Shown here: positions 61,874 to 64,000 of the stretch, in pieces | Layout: each line of letters starts with the position of its first letter | Position numbering within the stretch: position 1 is the first letter of the stretch | DNA from: an uncultured Actinomycetes bacterium | GTDB taxonomy: Bacteria; Actinomycetota; Thermoleophilia; Gaiellales; JAICJC01 | DNA length: 64,000 nt | Assembly: GCA_963708365.1 (NCBI GenBank) | Contig: CAVPSM010000011.1 | Location: forward strand, 141,744-205,743 | Direction: 5' to 3' | Notes under the pieces: model-generated | Database searches by the model: none | Seen by the model: the letters and a program-made list of their open reading frames with translations, nothing else | Told to the model about the DNA's origin: nothing | Position numbers and translations under genes: made by a program

Positions 61874-63235
61874 TCAGGCTGCGTGGCGGTCGCGCTCGGC
61901 GGCGCCGTCGCGCGGCTGCCAGTTCTCGATGCGGCGGGCGCCGCGGCCGTGCGTGAAGAAGCTGATCGACCAGCGCAGGAGCACGAGCAGCCGGTTCTGG
62001 AACCCGATCAGGTAGGCCAGGTGGACGCCCAGCCAGAGCGCCCAGGCCGGGAAGCCGGAGGCGTGCACGCCCTTGATGTCGGCGACCGCCTTGGAGCGGC
62101 CGATCGTGGCCATGTTGCCCTTGTCGCGGTAGTGGAAGTCGCCACGCGACCGGCCGCGCGACCGGGCGGCGATCAGCTTCGCCGCGTAGTGGCCCTCTTG
62201 GATTGCGACGGGCGCGAGCCCGGGGAGCGGCAGGGCCTCGCCGTCGCGGTCGTGCACCGTGACCATGTCGCCGAGGGCGAGCACCTCCGGGTGCCCGGCC
62301 ACGGTCAGATCGGCGCCGACGGGGATCCGCCCGGCCCGGTCGACCTCGACGCCGGCGGCCTTTGCCAGCATCGCCGCGACCGGCGCCGCGGTCACGCCGG
62401 CCGCCCAGACCGCGGTGCGGGCGGGTATCCGGTCGACCTCTCCGCCGGTATCGCGGATGGCGACATCGGCCGCCGTCACATCGACCACCGTGTGGCCGAC
62501 GAGCGGCGTGACGCCAAGCTTCACGAGCGCCCGCTCGGCGCTCGCCGAGAGCGACTCGGGGAAGGCGCCGAGCAGGCGATCGGCGGCCTCGACCAGCAGC
62601 ACGCGGGCCCCGCGCGTGTCGGCCGAGCGGAAGTCGCGCTTCAGCGTGTCGCGGCCGAGCTCGGCGATCTGCCCGGCCATCTCGACACCGGTCGGGCCGC
62701 CGCCGACTACGACGAACGTGAGCCACGCCGCCCGCCGCGCCGGGTCCTCCTCGACCTCGGCCGCCTCGAATGCGCCCAGGACGCGCGTGCGGATGTCGAG
62801 CGCGCCGTCGAGCGACTTCAGCTGTGGCGCGTGCGCCTCCCACTCCGGGTGCCCGAAGTACGAGTACTCCGACCCACCCGCCACGACCAGCGTGTCGTAG
62901 GGAACCGCCTCGGCCGGTGCCCCGTTCGCAAGCTGCCCGAGCGTCACCCGGCGGGCGTCGAGGTCGAAGCCGGTCGCCTCGGCCAGCACGACCCGGACGT
63001 TTGGCTGGTGCCGGAAGACCCACCGCAGCGGCGGCGCCACCTCGGCGTCCGAGAGCGCCCCCGTGGCGACCTGGTAGACCAGCGGCTGGAACAGCGAGTA
63101 GTTCTGGCGGTCGATCACGGTCACGTCCACCTGGGCGCGGCGCAGCCCACGCACGACGCGCATCCCGCCGAATCCGCCGCCCACGACCACCACGCGGTGC
63201 CGGGGAGCGCCTTCGGACACGGGATGCGCCCCCAT
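61874..63235 (-). CDS. ndh: type II NADH:quinone oxidoreductase (NDH-2)
   Basis: Met153 of ORF 61874..63691. Two dinucleotide folds are present (VVVVGGGFGG and FVVVGGGPTGVEMAG), plus GDMV...AIQEGHYAA. Confidence 0.85.
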   Translation of the reverse strand: MGAHPVSEGAPRHRVVVVGGGFGGMRVVRGLRRAQVDVTVIDRQNYSLFQPLVYQVATGALSDAEVAPPLRWVFRHQPNVRVVLAEATGFDLDARRVTLGQLANGAPAEAVPYDTLVVAGGSEYSYFGHPEWEAHAPQLKSLDGALDIRTRVLGAFEAAEVEEDPARRAAWLTFVVVGGGPTGVEMAGQIAELGRDTLKRDFRSADTRGARVLLVEAADRLLGAFPESLSASAERALVKLGVTPLVGHTVVDVTAADVAIRDTGGEVDRIPARTAVWAAGVTAAPVAAMLAKAAGVEVDRAGRIPVGADLTVAGHPEVLALGDMVTVHDRDGEALPLPGLAPVAIQEGHYAAKLIAARSRGRSRGDFHYRDKGNMATIGRSKAVADIKGVHASGFPAWALWLGVHLAYLIGFQNRLLVLLRWSISFFTHGRGARRIENWQPRDGAAERDRHAA

Positions 63236-63237
63236 CG

Positions 63238-63666
63238 TCAGGCCGCCGTCCGGTCGGTGAACAGCATGCGCTTCGCGTATGCGGTGTCCATGTATTCGCG
63301 CACCGCCTGGATCTTGCCATCCCGCACCGTGAACGCACCGATGCAGAAGTTCTCGTACGGCTCGCCGCGGCGGGTGCGGGCCCGGCTCGTCCACTCGACC
63401 ACCGCCCGGTCGCCGTCGGCGACGATCGCGGTGATCTCGAGCCGGATCGAGCCCGGCTCGTAGTTGCCGAGCGCGCCGGCCAGGAACTCGTCGATGATCG
63501 TGTCGCGGCCCCGCCACGTCCCCGACATGGGCATGTCGCCGAACAGCCGCCACGTGGCGGAGTCGGCGAAGAGCCCGCGGACGGCCGCCCCGTCTCCCGC
63601 CTCCACGGCGGCGACGTAGCGCTCGACCACGGCCCTCGTATCTGAGCTTCGGTTGGTGTCTGTCAT
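63238..63666 (-). CDS. SnoaL-like / NTF2-fold protein
   Basis: Met52 of ORF 63238..63819. The sequence reads VVERYVAAVEAGDGAAVRGLFADSATW...FTVRDGKIQAVREYMD. The stop lies 2 nt before the ndh start. Confidence 0.75.
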   Translation of the reverse strand: MTDTNRSSDTRAVVERYVAAVEAGDGAAVRGLFADSATWRLFGDMPMSGTWRGRDTIIDEFLAGALGNYEPGSIRLEITAIVADGDRAVVEWTSRARTRRGEPYENFCIGAFTVRDGKIQAVREYMDTAYAKRMLFTDRTAA

Positions 63667-63721
63667 GGCCGCCAACGTAGCTCCTGCCCAATCCGCCGGG
63701 AAAGACACGTCGGGAATGACT

Positions 63722-64000
63722 TCAGCGCTCCGCGGCATCGCCACGCCACCCCATCTCATCGGCCACCTCCTCGGCAACGGCCAGGAGCCGCTCCGCCGCG
63801 GCGCTCGTGCCGCCGGCACGGGTGAGGAGACGCGTCTCGAACACGGCGGGCGGGTCGAGCGGCAGCCAGACGAGCCCGCCGGGGAGGCCGAGCCGGGAAG
63901 ACTCCCCGGCGAGCGCCACCGCCTCGCCGGCGACGAGCGGCGTCAGCGCCAGGTCGAGCGAGATCGTGCGGTGGACGATGGCCGGCCGGACGCCGCAGGC
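63722..64000 (-). CDS. LysR-family regulator, C-terminal part only (5-prime end outside the window)
   Basis: The frame is open from 64000: ...IVHRTISLDLALTPLVAGEAVALAG...LVWLPLDPPAVFETRLLTRAGG. This resembles the end of a LysR substrate-binding domain. Confidence 0.55.
   Translation of the reverse strand, partial: ACGVRPAIVHRTISLDLALTPLVAGEAVALAGESSRLGLPGGLVWLPLDPPAVFETRLLTRAGGTSAAAERLLAVAEEVADEMGWRGDAAER

Overview
Very GC-rich (about 70% by eye, not computed), gene-dense DNA of actinobacterial type. The protein families suggest Actinomycetota, possibly a Thermoleophilia/Solirubrobacterales-like organism, but that is inference only. I can support about 75 protein-coding genes or pseudogenes on both strands. 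I also support two tRNAs (Pro-UGG at 5308-5381, Gly-UCC at 32133-32203), several strong terminator hairpins and a few candidate operators and promoters. I found no rRNA, CRISPR array, transposase, integrase or known defence cassette. Most of the content is accessory or metabolic:
- secreted and membrane proteins of unknown function;
- VOC and cupin proteins;
- LysE, MFS and ABC transporters;
- a TetR-linked two-gene urease;
- two amidohydrolases;
- a DevS/DevR-like heme-GAF two-component system with a USP;
- an ApbE/ferric-reductase operon;
- NDH-2.

The items most worth a second look are:
1. A small ORF made of 23 uninterrupted Ser-X-X triplets. Its start is coupled to a CPBP intramembrane protease gene, and it lies stop-to-stop against a sulfotransferase/epimerase/ABC-exporter operon (21.6-27.9 kb).
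2. AT-rich palindromes sharing ATTGGCAT at three sites. One sits inside ureC and is built from rare codons.
3. Two unannotated small ORFs, one with four Cys, placed ahead of devR-devS.
4. Many single-base frame disruptions in short G/C runs. About 14 of them fall in one 3.2-kb operon at 44.4-47.6 kb, next to intact genes. This is either an assembly artefact in the most GC-rich stretches or very recent gene decay.

Many long Arg/Pro/Gly-rich ORFs in the track are antisense shadows of real genes, and I ignored them.
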